A stretch of 64,000 nt of DNA from an uncultured bacterium. Its GTDB lineage: Bacteria; Patescibacteriota; Doudnabacteria; UBA920. The notes under the pieces were generated by a model. The model saw nothing but the letters and a program-made list of their open reading frames with translations, was not told where the DNA came from and did no database searches. This document shows positions 53,224 through 62,647 of this stretch, piece by piece. Location: contig CAVVMJ010000010.1 of NCBI GenBank assembly GCA_963749445.1, positions 43,913 to 107,912 on the forward strand, given 5' to 3'. Within the stretch, counting starts at the first letter, position 1; the number at the start of each line of letters is the position of its first letter. The translations under genes and the position numbers were made by a program.

Positions 53224-54093
53224 TCAGGACGCGCAGGCGTTAAAAGCCTGCACCCCAGCGTTATACTGTCCGGTGTCCTGCTTTAGCAAATCAACCTTAT
53301 TATTATAAATGTTCACCAAGTCGTTATATTGCGCGACGAGCTGGTTATACTGGTTGGCCTGCTGCTGGTTTTGCGGCTCAGGCGAACTGTCAATCTGGCT
53401 TTTGAGCGCCTGGAGCTGGGGCAAAATTGAGTCCACGTCGGACTTTAAACTGTCAATCTGGCTTTTGAGAACCGCGTCAACTTGCGGACAGCTTGACAAA
53501 GGTTTGCCGAATTCCTGCACCGCCAGCCACGTCTGCTTGCCTTCAAACTGCCCCTGGCCCACGGCCGCGCCGATTTCCTGGTACTTAATATTTAAAATAT
53601 TGGCGCGATGGCCCGGGCTGTTCATCCAGGCGTCCACTAAAGCGGCGTCGTCTTTAAAGTTGCCTAAAGCCAGATTTTCGCCGATGATGACATATTGGTA
53701 GCCCGCGGCCTTGGCCTGGTCCGCCGGCCCTTTGCCGTCCGGCGAAACGTGCTCAAAATACTGCCGCGCGAACATGTCAGCCAGTTTATTTTGCGCGTCT
53801 TGATCCAATTTTTGATTTTCTATTAATGGCGGTAAATTGCCGTTTTGCTGCCGCGCCTGGTTGGTAAAATTAATCACGCCGGCACGGGTTAAAAAAGCGT
53901 CGGGACTGTCCTGGGTGCCGCGCAAAGCGCCGCCGTTTAAGACCTGTTGCTTTAAATCCTGCACGGCCTGGTTATTTTGGATAATCTGCACCAGTTGTGG
54001 GCTTTTTTTGACCAACGATTCCAGCTGCGGCCAAAACAGCGCCGCCGCGGCGCCTAAAACTGCCAAGCCGATAATAAAAAAAACTTTTTTCAT
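53224..54093 (-). CDS. second CAP/SCP/PR1-like domain protein (YkwD-like), secreted, with C-terminal coiled-coil/Gln-rich region
   Basis: FEHVSPDGKG...WMNSPGHRANIL motifs; signal peptide. Confidence 0.7.
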   Translation of the reverse strand: MKKVFFIIGLAVLGAAAALFWPQLESLVKKSPQLVQIIQNNQAVQDLKQQVLNGGALRGTQDSPDAFLTRAGVINFTNQARQQNGNLPPLIENQKLDQDAQNKLADMFARQYFEHVSPDGKGPADQAKAAGYQYVIIGENLALGNFKDDAALVDAWMNSPGHRANILNIKYQEIGAAVGQGQFEGKQTWLAVQEFGKPLSSCPQVDAVLKSQIDSLKSDVDSILPQLQALKSQIDSSPEPQNQQQANQYNQLVAQYNDLVNIYNNKVDLLKQDTGQYNAGVQAFNACAS

Positions 54094-54111
54094 AAAAACT
54101 TTTCTTATGGC

Positions 54112-54393
54112 TTACTGGCAAAAATGGTTTTGGCAGGTTTGGCCGGCTGGGCATTCGTTACTGGCCACACATTCGCGGGCTACGGTCTGTTCAATGAACA
54201 TCCTGCCGCCGGGAGCCCCGCACTGCCTGGGATAACTTTGCATTACCGGATAGCCGGCTGCCGCGCACTCCTGGAAATTGCTGATTTTCGGCAATGGGGG
54301 ATTTTTTGACTTAAAAAAAATAATCACGGCTGCGGCCGCCAACAAAACCAAAAAAATTCCCGAATAAATTCTGACGTCACTGCGGATTTCCAT
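54112..54393 (-). CDS. small secreted Cys-rich protein (hypothetical)
   Basis: Signal/TM start, then six Cys in about 55 aa (QECAAAGYP...CVASNECPAGQTCQNHFCQ). Confidence 0.35.
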   Translation of the reverse strand: MEIRSDVRIYSGIFLVLLAAAAVIIFFKSKNPPLPKISNFQECAAAGYPVMQSYPRQCGAPGGRMFIEQTVARECVASNECPAGQTCQNHFCQ

Positions 54394-55078
54394 AATTTGC
54401 GATGTTAATTGCCAAACCCGGATTGTTGGTTATAATGCCGGTTATTTCCGGCCGCTGTAACAGCCGGCGGATCATTTTAGGATCATCAACCGTCCAAACC
54501 CACACGGCATGATGCTTTAAAGGAAATAGTTTATAAAATTTATATGCCCAATGCTTATAACTCAAAGACAGGTCATCAAATTGCCGGCTGAATTTCCTCA
54601 CAAAAATTAACTTTAAGATGCCAAACCATTCATGGGGATAGGTACCCAGGATCAGGCCGATTTTTATTTGCGGATAAAGCCGCTTAAGTTCGGCCAGATT
54701 CTTGGCGGAAAATGAAGTGACCAGCAAATCGTCAGCAACAAAATTCTTCGTCAAAATTTCCCCGACCAAATTTTCATAACCGCCTTCCTTTAACTCTACG
54801 TTTAGTTTGATTTTTCCGCGGCACAAATCCAAAACCTCTTTAAGGGTTGGAATTTGATGCTGCGATAAATCTGATAATTCCTGATAACCTAAGTCGCAAA
54901 TTAATTTTCCGCGATAAATTGGATCGTGCGCGGCCACCAAAACACCGTCTCTGGTCTTCCGGACATCCAGCTCAATCATGTCCGCGCCGATTTCTATGGC
55001 TTTTTGGAAAGCTTTGATGGTGTTTTCCGGCGCAAGATTGGACGCGCCCCTATGCGCGACAATTAATTTTTTAGCCAT
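54377..55078 (-). CDS. glycerophosphodiester phosphodiesterase
   Basis: HRGASNLAPENTIKAF...ELDV GDPD catalytic motifs. Confidence 0.85.
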   Translation of the reverse strand: MAKKLIVAHRGASNLAPENTIKAFQKAIEIGADMIELDVRKTRDGVLVAAHDPIYRGKLICDLGYQELSDLSQHQIPTLKEVLDLCRGKIKLNVELKEGGYENLVGEILTKNFVADDLLVTSFSAKNLAELKRLYPQIKIGLILGTYPHEWFGILKLIFVRKFSRQFDDLSLSYKHWAYKFYKLFPLKHHAVWVWTVDDPKMIRRLLQRPEITGIITNNPGLAINIANYGNPQ

Positions 55079-55139
55079 ACTTTTATTATAGCTTGTCCAC
55101 CCCGGAACCCCGGACTCCGATCCGGGGTATCCGGGGTCC

Positions 55140-55213
55140 AGGTAAAAGCCTATATCTGGATCCCGGATATTTTTTGCGGCTTATAATAATCGTCAACGCA
55201 AAAAATTCCGGGA
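55140..55213 (-). repeat. hairpin repeat family F2, copy 3 (inverted orientation)
   Basis: Reverse complement reads CCATCCCGGAATTTTTTGCG ttgacgattattataagc CGCAAAAAATATCCGGGATCC. Confidence 0.8.
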
Positions 55214-55221
55214 TGGAACCT

Positions 55222-55635
55222 TCAAAGATTAGCTACCCCGTTATCAACCAGCTCCTTGAAAAAGCTGTCCAAAATAGAAATGTCCATTGTTTTTATTTCT
55301 CCCGAGCTAAACCATTTGGCTTCCAGATGATCATCGTCAATCACCGGCTGACCGTCAAGCTCGCCAATGTAAGTCAAACGCACCACATGCTTATCGGTTG
55401 ACTTTAGAATATCCTGCGCCGCGACTAACTTAGGGTTGCCGATGTAGTCCAACCCGACCTCTTCTTTTATCTCCCGCTTCAAATTATCCAAAAGCGGCGA
55501 GCCGGGATTAATTCGGCCGCCGACAATGTCCCACTTGGGTCCGACCTCGGGGTATTTTTTAGGGTTGCGCCGCACCAGCAAATATTTGCCGTCGCGATTT
55601 TTCAGCAGCGCCTTCACACCGACCTGAAGTTCCAT
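55222..55635 (-). CDS. NUDIX hydrolase (second)
   Basis: Nudix box GGRINPGSPLLDNLKREIKEEVGL. Confidence 0.75.
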   Translation of the reverse strand: MELQVGVKALLKNRDGKYLLVRRNPKKYPEVGPKWDIVGGRINPGSPLLDNLKREIKEEVGLDYIGNPKLVAAQDILKSTDKHVVRLTYIGELDGQPVIDDDHLEAKWFSSGEIKTMDISILDSFFKELVDNGVANL

Positions 55636-55641
55636 ATTATT

Positions 55642-56388
55642 TTAGTTCTCGCGTGAGTCTTTTATTTTTTTCAAATGTAAAAGTAAATCGGGGGCGTTGC
55701 AGTCAAAACCAATTTTTGCCGAACTGGCTAACTGTTTTTGTAAAACTAAAAGCCCTCTTTCGGCTTCCTGACGGTTTTTAGAATGCCATTGCGCGAATAA
55801 AACCCCTCCGTCATTTAACAACCTAAAACATTTTCTAAATTGAAAAAGCCAAAAATAATTACTTACATTAAAATCAGAAATCGCTCCCTCCATCCTTTCA
55901 TCTGCGAAATCCGCTTTGCCGTTCCCGTACTTTGCCAACCATGATTCAATGTCAGAAAAGCCTGTCTGCTCAAAAACATTAGCTTCAATAACATCATGAC
56001 CTCTAACTTCATCAGCCTCTTTTTCCATGCCTTTACGGGTATCCAAGAGTACTACGCCGAGAGTTCTTTTAAAAAACCCATCTGAAAACCCTCTGAATAA
56101 TTTTGAGCCCAAACCTCCCAACTCAATGCCTAAAGCCTGTCCTTGTCTGTCCTGCAATTCAGATTCAACATAGCTTTTTAAGCCTCTTTCTTTCAAAAAT
56201 ACCCTATAAGTGCTGCTAAAACTGCCTATTGGCTTGTCATAAATCGCCCATGGAGCATATATGCTAGATTTGTCCCGGGGATATTGAGTTTTTCTATCAC
56301 GCAGAAGATTGTGGGCTGCTTTTTGCTCCTCAACCCTATAATCAGCTTTCAAAATCTGGAACATCTCATGTAGTTTTTCTGAATCCAT
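55642..56388 (-). CDS. hypothetical protein, possibly SAM-dependent methyltransferase-like
   Basis: Gly-rich LGIELGGLGSKLF segment; otherwise no firm motif. Confidence 0.25.
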   Translation of the reverse strand: MDSEKLHEMFQILKADYRVEEQKAAHNLLRDRKTQYPRDKSSIYAPWAIYDKPIGSFSSTYRVFLKERGLKSYVESELQDRQGQALGIELGGLGSKLFRGFSDGFFKRTLGVVLLDTRKGMEKEADEVRGHDVIEANVFEQTGFSDIESWLAKYGNGKADFADERMEGAISDFNVSNYFWLFQFRKCFRLLNDGGVLFAQWHSKNRQEAERGLLVLQKQLASSAKIGFDCNAPDLLLHLKKIKDSREN

Positions 56389-56398
56389 ACACTCTTCC

Positions 56399-57691
56399 TC
56401 AACTTGATTTTAAATATAAAATCAAGTTTTCTTTATTTACTATTGATTCTACCGACGTTGCCAAGCTTTTGACTTTAAACTTTTCACTTTTAACTTCCTC
56501 TTCGCCGACCACCAGCACGTACGGGATTTTTTCCCTGTCCGCGGTTTTGACCTGGGCGGAAACTTTTTTATCGGTAAGGTCAACGGCCACATTCACCCCT
56601 TGCTTTCTAATGTAGTCTGCCAATTTATTGGCCTCTTCGATATATCCTTCAAGATGACAAATGTACAGTTTTACCGGCGGATGATATTCGGGCAACAAAT
56701 CATAAGTCTCCAAAAAATCCCGCGTGGTCACGTCGCCCCAACCAAAGCCGATGCCCGAAACTTTTTCCACGCCAAAAATCCCGACCAAATCATCGTACCT
56801 CCCGCCGCCGAACAACGCGCGGGGGTTTTTGGGATTGGTATCGTACATTTCAAACACCGTGCCGGTGTAATAGTCAAAGCCGCGGGTTAAAGGAAAGTGA
56901 AATTTGATATTTTTTATTCCCTTATCATTTAATATTTTAAATATTCCGATGAACGATTTTACTTCGGGATTATGTCCAAACTCTTTTACCATGTATTCCA
57001 TTGTCAAAGTTTGTATCAGCTTATCAAATTCAAACGCTTTCTCTCTTGACCCAACTATTTCCGACAGGGCATCAACAAACTTATTAGGATCCAATTTATC
57101 TGATTTATCCAACAATTTCATAAACTTATGTTCTTGTACTTCTGACCATTTGTGTAATTTTGCAAACTCTTTTAAAATTTTGCGGCTGTTTATTCTTATC
57201 TCAAAATTTTCATCCTTTGCCCCAAACGCCTTCATAATATCATAGGCGAGCGATATTATTTCCACATCAGCCTCAATTGAATCCACGCCGAACAAATCGC
57301 AGTTCAGCTGCCAGTGTTCGCGCAAACGGCCGCGCTGGGGGCGTTCGTAACGAAATAAGTTCGGGATAGAATACCAGCGCAAAGGAAAAGTTAATTCTTT
57401 GCGCTTTTGCGCCACCATACGAGCCACGGTTGGCGTCATCTCGGGACGAATGGTTACATCGCGACCGCCGCGATCAGTAAAAGAGTAAGTTTGCTCGTTG
57501 ACGATTTCCTCGCCGGTTTTAGCACGGTACAAATCCGTCTCTTCCAAAATAGACGCGCCGTATTCCAAATAACCGTAGCTTTCCGCCACTTTTTTCCATA
57601 TTGAAAAAATGTAATTTTGCACGAACTGGTCCTGCGGATAAAAATCCCTCGTGCCTTTGTAGGGCTCCAAACTTAACTTTTTTTGTGTCAT
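56399..57691 (-). CDS. hisS: histidyl-tRNA synthetase
   Basis: Class II motifs, RYERPQRGRLREHWQ and anticodon-binding C-terminus. Confidence 0.9.
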   Translation of the reverse strand: MTQKKLSLEPYKGTRDFYPQDQFVQNYIFSIWKKVAESYGYLEYGASILEETDLYRAKTGEEIVNEQTYSFTDRGGRDVTIRPEMTPTVARMVAQKRKELTFPLRWYSIPNLFRYERPQRGRLREHWQLNCDLFGVDSIEADVEIISLAYDIMKAFGAKDENFEIRINSRKILKEFAKLHKWSEVQEHKFMKLLDKSDKLDPNKFVDALSEIVGSREKAFEFDKLIQTLTMEYMVKEFGHNPEVKSFIGIFKILNDKGIKNIKFHFPLTRGFDYYTGTVFEMYDTNPKNPRALFGGGRYDDLVGIFGVEKVSGIGFGWGDVTTRDFLETYDLLPEYHPPVKLYICHLEGYIEEANKLADYIRKQGVNVAVDLTDKKVSAQVKTADREKIPYVLVVGEEEVKSEKFKVKSLATSVESIVNKENLILYLKSS

Positions 57692-57772
57692 AATGAAAAA
57701 TCCTTACTTAAAATATAGCAAAGATAAGGATTTTTTACAATGATTGATGTCACGACGTTGTTGCTTAGGAAA

Positions 57773-57930
57773 ACTGCGGAGCATTCCCCTCCTATTCCCA
57801 GAATATCATCAGAATATAGGAGGGGTGTCGCCCGCAGGGTGACAGGGTGGTAAATACAGGTTGCCGATGTCTACCACCTCCCCCTGCTAGTGCAGGGTAC
57901 TCCTCCTGTTCCAGGAGGAGAGGCTCCGCA
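57773..57930. repeat. palindromic repeat family F1, copy D (module order 2 then 1), intergenic
   Basis: GCGGAGCATTCCCCTCC..GGAGGGGTG..GGGTGGTA - spacer - TACCACCTCCCCC..GGGTACTCCTCCtgttccaGGAGGAGAGGCTCCGC. Confidence 0.85.
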
Positions 57931-57956
57931 TATACCCCTATACTGAACAATTTCAG

Positions 57957-58208
57957 CTACTGCGCCGTCACATCTTTGCAGAAAAACTTCTGCGCGCCCA
58001 ACGCCAGCCAGGCAACCGCAAGAATCCCTGTGGAAGCCACACTCAGCCACAAATGCAGGGTGAAATACACAACCGTGTAAATAAGCAAAACACCACCGGT
58101 TAAAACGCTGGTGGAAACAGGCGGTTTGTCTTTGCCAAACAGCGAAGGAAACAAGGCAAAAATAAAAACCCACGAACCCACGGACAACACAACATCTTGC
58201 CAACTCAT
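57957..58208 (-). CDS. small membrane protein (hypothetical)
   Basis: 83 aa, three TM segments. Confidence 0.35.
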   Translation of the reverse strand: MSWQDVVLSVGSWVFIFALFPSLFGKDKPPVSTSVLTGGVLLIYTVVYFTLHLWLSVASTGILAVAWLALGAQKFFCKDVTAQ

Positions 58209-58266
58209 ATTTTTAAAATATAATTTTTTTGACCGCTATACTAAACTATAGCGATATTTATTGATG

Positions 58267-58452
58267 TTACTTTTTGTGCTGCGGTTTACAATTTCTGAAC
58301 CCTTCGCGCTTATCCCGCATGGCTTTAATTTTACTTTTGGACAGGGACGTCCAGGCTAAAACGCCGATAGCGGTAAAAACCGCCTCCCTTTCTTCATCTT
58401 CAAGCTGATCTTTATCCAACAACTTCATTAAGATTGTGGAAGCTTTTTGATG
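58267..58452 (-). CDS. small hypothetical protein
   Basis: Likely start MDHQKASTILMKLLDK; no recognisable domain. Confidence 0.3.
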   Translation of the reverse strand, partial: HQKASTILMKLLDKDQLEDEEREAVFTAIGVLAWTSLSKSKIKAMRDKREGFRNCKPQHKK

Positions 58453-58535
58453 GTCCATAACGATTGTATTATAACACTCCCGACAACAAATTGATAAATT
58501 GCCCAAAATCTTGTACTATTATTACAGTTTAAGCA

Positions 58536-58609
58536 AGCGGGATTAGTACAATGGCAGTATGAGACCTTCCCAAGGTTTAGACACGGGTCCGATTCCCGTA
58601 TCCCGCTCC
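58536..58609 (+). tRNA. candidate tRNA-Gly (anticodon CCC) with atypical T-loop
   Basis: Acceptor GCGGGAT/ATCCCGC plus T plus CCA. D-stem GTAC/GTAT. Anticodon stem AGACC/GGTTT with loop TTCCCAA. T-arm ACGGG-TCCGATT-CCCGT, where position 55 is C instead of T. Confidence 0.55.
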
Positions 58610-58655
58610 AAGTTTCCAAATTAGACAATATAATAAGCAATTAAATTAAACTTAT

Positions 58656-58997
58656 ATGGAAGAACAATTCATAAAAAAACAAAATTTAAACTTAAAATCA
58701 ACAGGCAGCGTCACCAATCCTTTTAAAATAGCCTATTATTTTTTTGGGTACATCACACTAACACTCAATACATTTATAGTTTATTTGGTTTTGAGATACG
58801 GGGCTGATTATGTGAACAAAATTTTTTTGGTTTGCGTGATTATTTTAGAAATTTTTCTTCCGATATCGCTTTTCTTTAGACGAAAAATTCAGAATGTAAA
58901 ATACTTAAAATTTGTGGTGCTTGTTATTTTTATTGCTTCTCTAATTGGAGTATCATTGTTTATATATTCATACGCTACCTTCAAAATCCATTTTTAA
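58656..58997 (+). CDS. small polytopic membrane protein (hypothetical)
   Basis: 113 aa; three TM segments; AT-rich codon usage. Confidence 0.35.
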   Translation: MEEQFIKKQNLNLKSTGSVTNPFKIAYYFFGYITLTLNTFIVYLVLRYGADYVNKIFLVCVIILEIFLPISLFFRRKIQNVKYLKFVVLVIFIASLIGVSLFIYSYATFKIHF

Positions 58998-59090
58998 ATA
59001 ACGGCGTTTGAATTAACTATTTCCGTCCGAACATCGTTCCATAACCCGCTCCAAAAAATCACAATTGGTACCAATTGTGATTTTTTGTAA

Positions 59091-59711
59091 TCAATCTTCC
59101 ACCAAAGGCACAAAGGCAAAGCCCCAATGCTCGGCGGTGCGGAAATTATCTTTGCCGATTTTGTCCAGAACAACAACATTGTCTTTAACCGGAGCCACAA
59201 TCCGCCCGCCGATTTTTAATTGCTCTTTCCACGCCTGAGGAATCTCTTGTGCCGCGGCCGCGGCTATGATTTTATCAAACGGCGCGGCCGCGGCAAAACC
59301 TTTTGTCCCGTCGCCCAGCGCTATCGTAATATTCCGATGAAGCCCGGGATATTTGGCAACATTTTTTTCGGCCAACGACTTTAACTCCGCGACCCGTTCA
59401 ACCGCAAAAATTTTCCCCGTTTTGCCGGCCAAAGAACAAAGCAACGCGGTTTGCCAGCCGCTGCCAGCGCCGATTTCCAAAATTTTATCCCCTGCTCGAA
59501 CATCTAGCAAGCCCAACATAAACGCCACGGTATACGGCTGGGAAATCGTCTGGCCGAATCCGATGGGCAACGGGAAATTTTCGTAAGCTGAATCCCGCAG
59601 CTGGGGCGGCACAAAATCCGCGCGGTCCACCTTCGCCAAAGCTTTTGCCAAGCGCTTATCCTTAAGTACGCCCTGCGCCGTTAACTCATTTAATAATTGC
59701 TTTTTTGTCAT
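59091..59711 (-). CDS. pcm: protein-L-isoaspartate O-methyltransferase
   Basis: VLEIGAGSGWQTALL motif I; QPYTVAFML; about 206 aa. Confidence 0.85.
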   Translation of the reverse strand: MTKKQLLNELTAQGVLKDKRLAKALAKVDRADFVPPQLRDSAYENFPLPIGFGQTISQPYTVAFMLGLLDVRAGDKILEIGAGSGWQTALLCSLAGKTGKIFAVERVAELKSLAEKNVAKYPGLHRNITIALGDGTKGFAAAAPFDKIIAAAAAQEIPQAWKEQLKIGGRIVAPVKDNVVVLDKIGKDNFRTAEHWGFAFVPLVED

Positions 59712-59758
59712 TTGTATGGAATAATCTAAAAGGCTCCAATCTATATTTTAAACCAATT

Positions 59759-61318
59759 ATGGCAAAAATCCAGCGCAAAATTCCGGCCACCATGGCTACA
59801 CAGCATCCTGACCACGCCGGCAAGCCGTTTTGGCATAAGGACAGTTTTATCCCCGCGACCGAGGAGGCCAGGGAGCTGTTTTTGTCGTTCGCCGATTTGG
59901 GAATTTCGGAATATATGTGGGACTGGGAAGGCAAGCTGGTTGACGAATCAATCCTGGAGCGCCTCTTTGGCGAACACTACCGTTTTTTCCAAAAACTTCC
60001 TTTGGGCAAAGAAAGGTTTTTGACGTTCCGCCTGCCCAACTCCAAAGTGGAAAACGAATTCCGCCTCGGCCGCGCCCTCATTGGCATGCTGTCCTCGGCC
60101 TCCATGGCCAAAAAGGTGGGTATGCACAGCCCGCCGATGTTTGAGGTGATTTTGCCGATGACGGAATCGGCGTCAGAAATGATAGACGTGCAGGAAGCCT
60201 TCGCGGAAATTACCGACTTAAAGCACCCGCTCAACAAATTCCAAAAAAACCTGCTGTCCCACATTTTGCTCATCCCGCTGTTCGAACAGGTTTCCACCAT
60301 CATCGGTTCCGATAAAATCCTCGGGTCATATTTAAAAAACCATAAAAAAAATTTTGGCTTTAACCCGCCGTATTTGCGCCCGTTTATTGCGCGTTCCGAT
60401 CCGGCGCTGAACTCCGGGCTGGTGCCCACGGTCTTGGCCGTCAAGATCGCGCTGTCGCGCTACCAAAAATTCGCGCGGCAACATAAAATTAATTTATACC
60501 CGATTATCGGCTGCGGCAGCCTGCCGTTCCGCGGCGGGCTGTATCCGCTCCGGCCGGAACGATTTTTGCGCGAATACCAAGGGATCAGGACAGCCACCAT
60601 CCAAAGCGCTTTTAGATACGACTACCCCAAAGCCACCGTCATCAAGGCGATTAAAACTTTGGAAAGGGGCTTGCCCAAAGGCAAGGCGGTTGAAATGACA
60701 ACCCGCGAAGAACAGGACTTGATTTTGGCAATAAAGCCGTTTGAGGCCGCTTACAAACACACTGTGGAGGGAATTGCGCCGTTGATTAACCATTTGGCGA
60801 CATTCATACCGCGCCGCCGCGAACGCGTGCAGCATATTGGGTTATTCGGATATTCCCGCGGCCACGGTAAAGTCAGCCTGCCGAGGGCCATTGGTTTTAC
60901 CGCGGCGCTGTATTCTTTGGGCGTGCCGCCTGAACTTATAGGCACCGGCCGCGGCTTGGCCTTGGCCAAAAAACAGGGGCGCGCGCATTTGGTGGAAAAG
61001 CATTATCTTAATTTCAAGCACGATGTGTATTTTGCCGGAAAATTTTTATACAAACCCGGCCTAGTCAGTTTGGCCAAAAAATTTCCGGCCTGGAATAACA
61101 TTTTGACCGACGTTGAAGAATTAGAAAAATACCTGGGTAAACCGTTTGCCCCCAAATATTTAAACGAGCAGGAACACCAGCTGGTTTCCGCGCGCATCCA
61201 CCAAAACCTAAAAAACCCGTCTCGACTCGGCAAGGCTTCTGTCCGATCCGAGGCGGGCGGCAAAAATCTTGCAAAATTAATTGAACAGGCCGCCGTTTTG
61301 CGGCATAGCATGGGGTAA
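59759..61318 (+). CDS. ppcA: archaeal-type phosphoenolpyruvate carboxylase
   Basis: N-terminus KIPATMATQHPDHA matches the atPEPC signature (..MSTQHPDN..); about 520 aa. Confidence 0.7.
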   Translation: MAKIQRKIPATMATQHPDHAGKPFWHKDSFIPATEEARELFLSFADLGISEYMWDWEGKLVDESILERLFGEHYRFFQKLPLGKERFLTFRLPNSKVENEFRLGRALIGMLSSASMAKKVGMHSPPMFEVILPMTESASEMIDVQEAFAEITDLKHPLNKFQKNLLSHILLIPLFEQVSTIIGSDKILGSYLKNHKKNFGFNPPYLRPFIARSDPALNSGLVPTVLAVKIALSRYQKFARQHKINLYPIIGCGSLPFRGGLYPLRPERFLREYQGIRTATIQSAFRYDYPKATVIKAIKTLERGLPKGKAVEMTTREEQDLILAIKPFEAAYKHTVEGIAPLINHLATFIPRRRERVQHIGLFGYSRGHGKVSLPRAIGFTAALYSLGVPPELIGTGRGLALAKKQGRAHLVEKHYLNFKHDVYFAGKFLYKPGLVSLAKKFPAWNNILTDVEELEKYLGKPFAPKYLNEQEHQLVSARIHQNLKNPSRLGKASVRSEAGGKNLAKLIEQAAVLRHSMG

Positions 61319-61543
61319 AATATGCATAAAGAACATCACATGACAGATCCCGCACTTGATGAAGATCCATTAATTGATCCACCTAACCAAGTACCTAACG
61401 TTGATGTGAGGCACAACCCATTAATTGAAAACATGCCGGACGACACCCGAATGGATAAGACTTTATTAAAAGACAAACATAATTATACAAAAAAGTAAAT
61501 TTATGCTGCCTTATCCTATGTAAATTTTTGATATAATTCCATC

Positions 61544-62491
61544 ATGAGCTTATTAATCGTCGGTAGCGTGGCGTTTGACAGCATTGAGACGCCGTTTGGG
61601 AAAATTAAAAAAGCTTTGGGCGGCAGCGCCAGCTATTTTTCTTTGGCTGCTTCGTTTTTTGCGCGGCCGAGCGTAGTCGGCGTGGTCGGAAAGGATTTTG
61701 CCGATATTTATCGGCAACCGCTAAAAAAGAAAAACATTGACCTCTCGGGCCTGGAGCAAACAGCGGGAAAGACTTTTGCCTGGGGCGGCAAGTACAGTTT
61801 TGATTTGAACAACCGCGAAACCCTGTTTACCCATTTAAACGTTTTTGAAAATTTCAAGCCAAAACTTTCGGCCGGCCACAAAAACGCATCTTATATTTTT
61901 TTGGGCAACATCCACCCGGCGCTGCAGCTTGAAGTTTTATCGCAAATAAAAAAACCAAAACTCGTAGGGCTGGACACGATGAATTTATGGATAGAAAAAA
62001 CGCCCAAGGAACTGGCTAAAATTTTAAAACTGGTTGATGTTTTTGTGATTAACGATTCCGAGGCGCGGGAACTGTCGGGGGAACATAATTTGGTGAAAGC
62101 CGCAAAGAAAATCATCGCGATGATGGACACAACCTCTCCCCAGCCCTCCCCTCAAAAGGGGAGGGAGACTGCAACGCTGATTATCAAGCGCGGGGAATAT
62201 GGGCTGCTGCTGTTTAAAGGCCGCGATGTGTTCCATCTGCCGGGATATCCCTTAGAAGACGTGATTGACCCCACCGGCGCGGGCGACAGCTTTGCCGGAG
62301 GGCTGATGGGCTTTTTAGCCAAAACTGAAGACCTAAGTTGGGGCAATTTAAAACGAGCCTGCGTGGCAGGCTCGGTCATGGCCAGTTTTTGCTGCGAGCG
62401 GCTGGGTACCCAAAGGTTGCAGGAAATATCGCCGGGTGATATAAAACGGCGGTTCAAAGAATTTAAACGGTTGACGCACTTTGATAACTAG
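61544..62491 (+). CDS. PfkB-family carbohydrate kinase with in-frame mini-repeat insertion
   Basis: DPTGAGDSFAGGLMGFL ATP-binding motif; N-terminal GG sugar-binding region. Insert 62129-62175 encodes TTSPQPSPQKGRETA. Confidence 0.75.
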   Translation: MSLLIVGSVAFDSIETPFGKIKKALGGSASYFSLAASFFARPSVVGVVGKDFADIYRQPLKKKNIDLSGLEQTAGKTFAWGGKYSFDLNNRETLFTHLNVFENFKPKLSAGHKNASYIFLGNIHPALQLEVLSQIKKPKLVGLDTMNLWIEKTPKELAKILKLVDVFVINDSEARELSGEHNLVKAAKKIIAMMDTTSPQPSPQKGRETATLIIKRGEYGLLLFKGRDVFHLPGYPLEDVIDPTGAGDSFAGGLMGFLAKTEDLSWGNLKRACVAGSVMASFCCERLGTQRLQEISPGDIKRRFKEFKRLTHFDN

Positions 62492-62498
62492 CAAACCC

Positions 62499-62647
62499 GC
62501 GGAGCACTCCCCTCCTTTTTTGAGGTCTTGATGAGCACAAAGGAGGGGTGGCTCGCGCAGCGAGACGGGGTGGTATTTATCGTTGATTCTACCACCTCCC
62601 CCCGCTTCGCGGGGTACTCCTCCTTTTCAGGAGGAGAGGCTCCGCAA
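62499..62647. repeat. palindromic repeat family F1, copy E (module order 2 then 1)
   Basis: Module 2 is identical over about 78 nt to copy F (63405-63480). Confidence 0.85.

Noticed and set aside
58428-58640. 70-aa minus-strand ORF overlapping the tRNA-Gly candidate
   Set aside because: It overlaps a well-formed tRNA cloverleaf and has no RBS or motif. It is most likely spurious.
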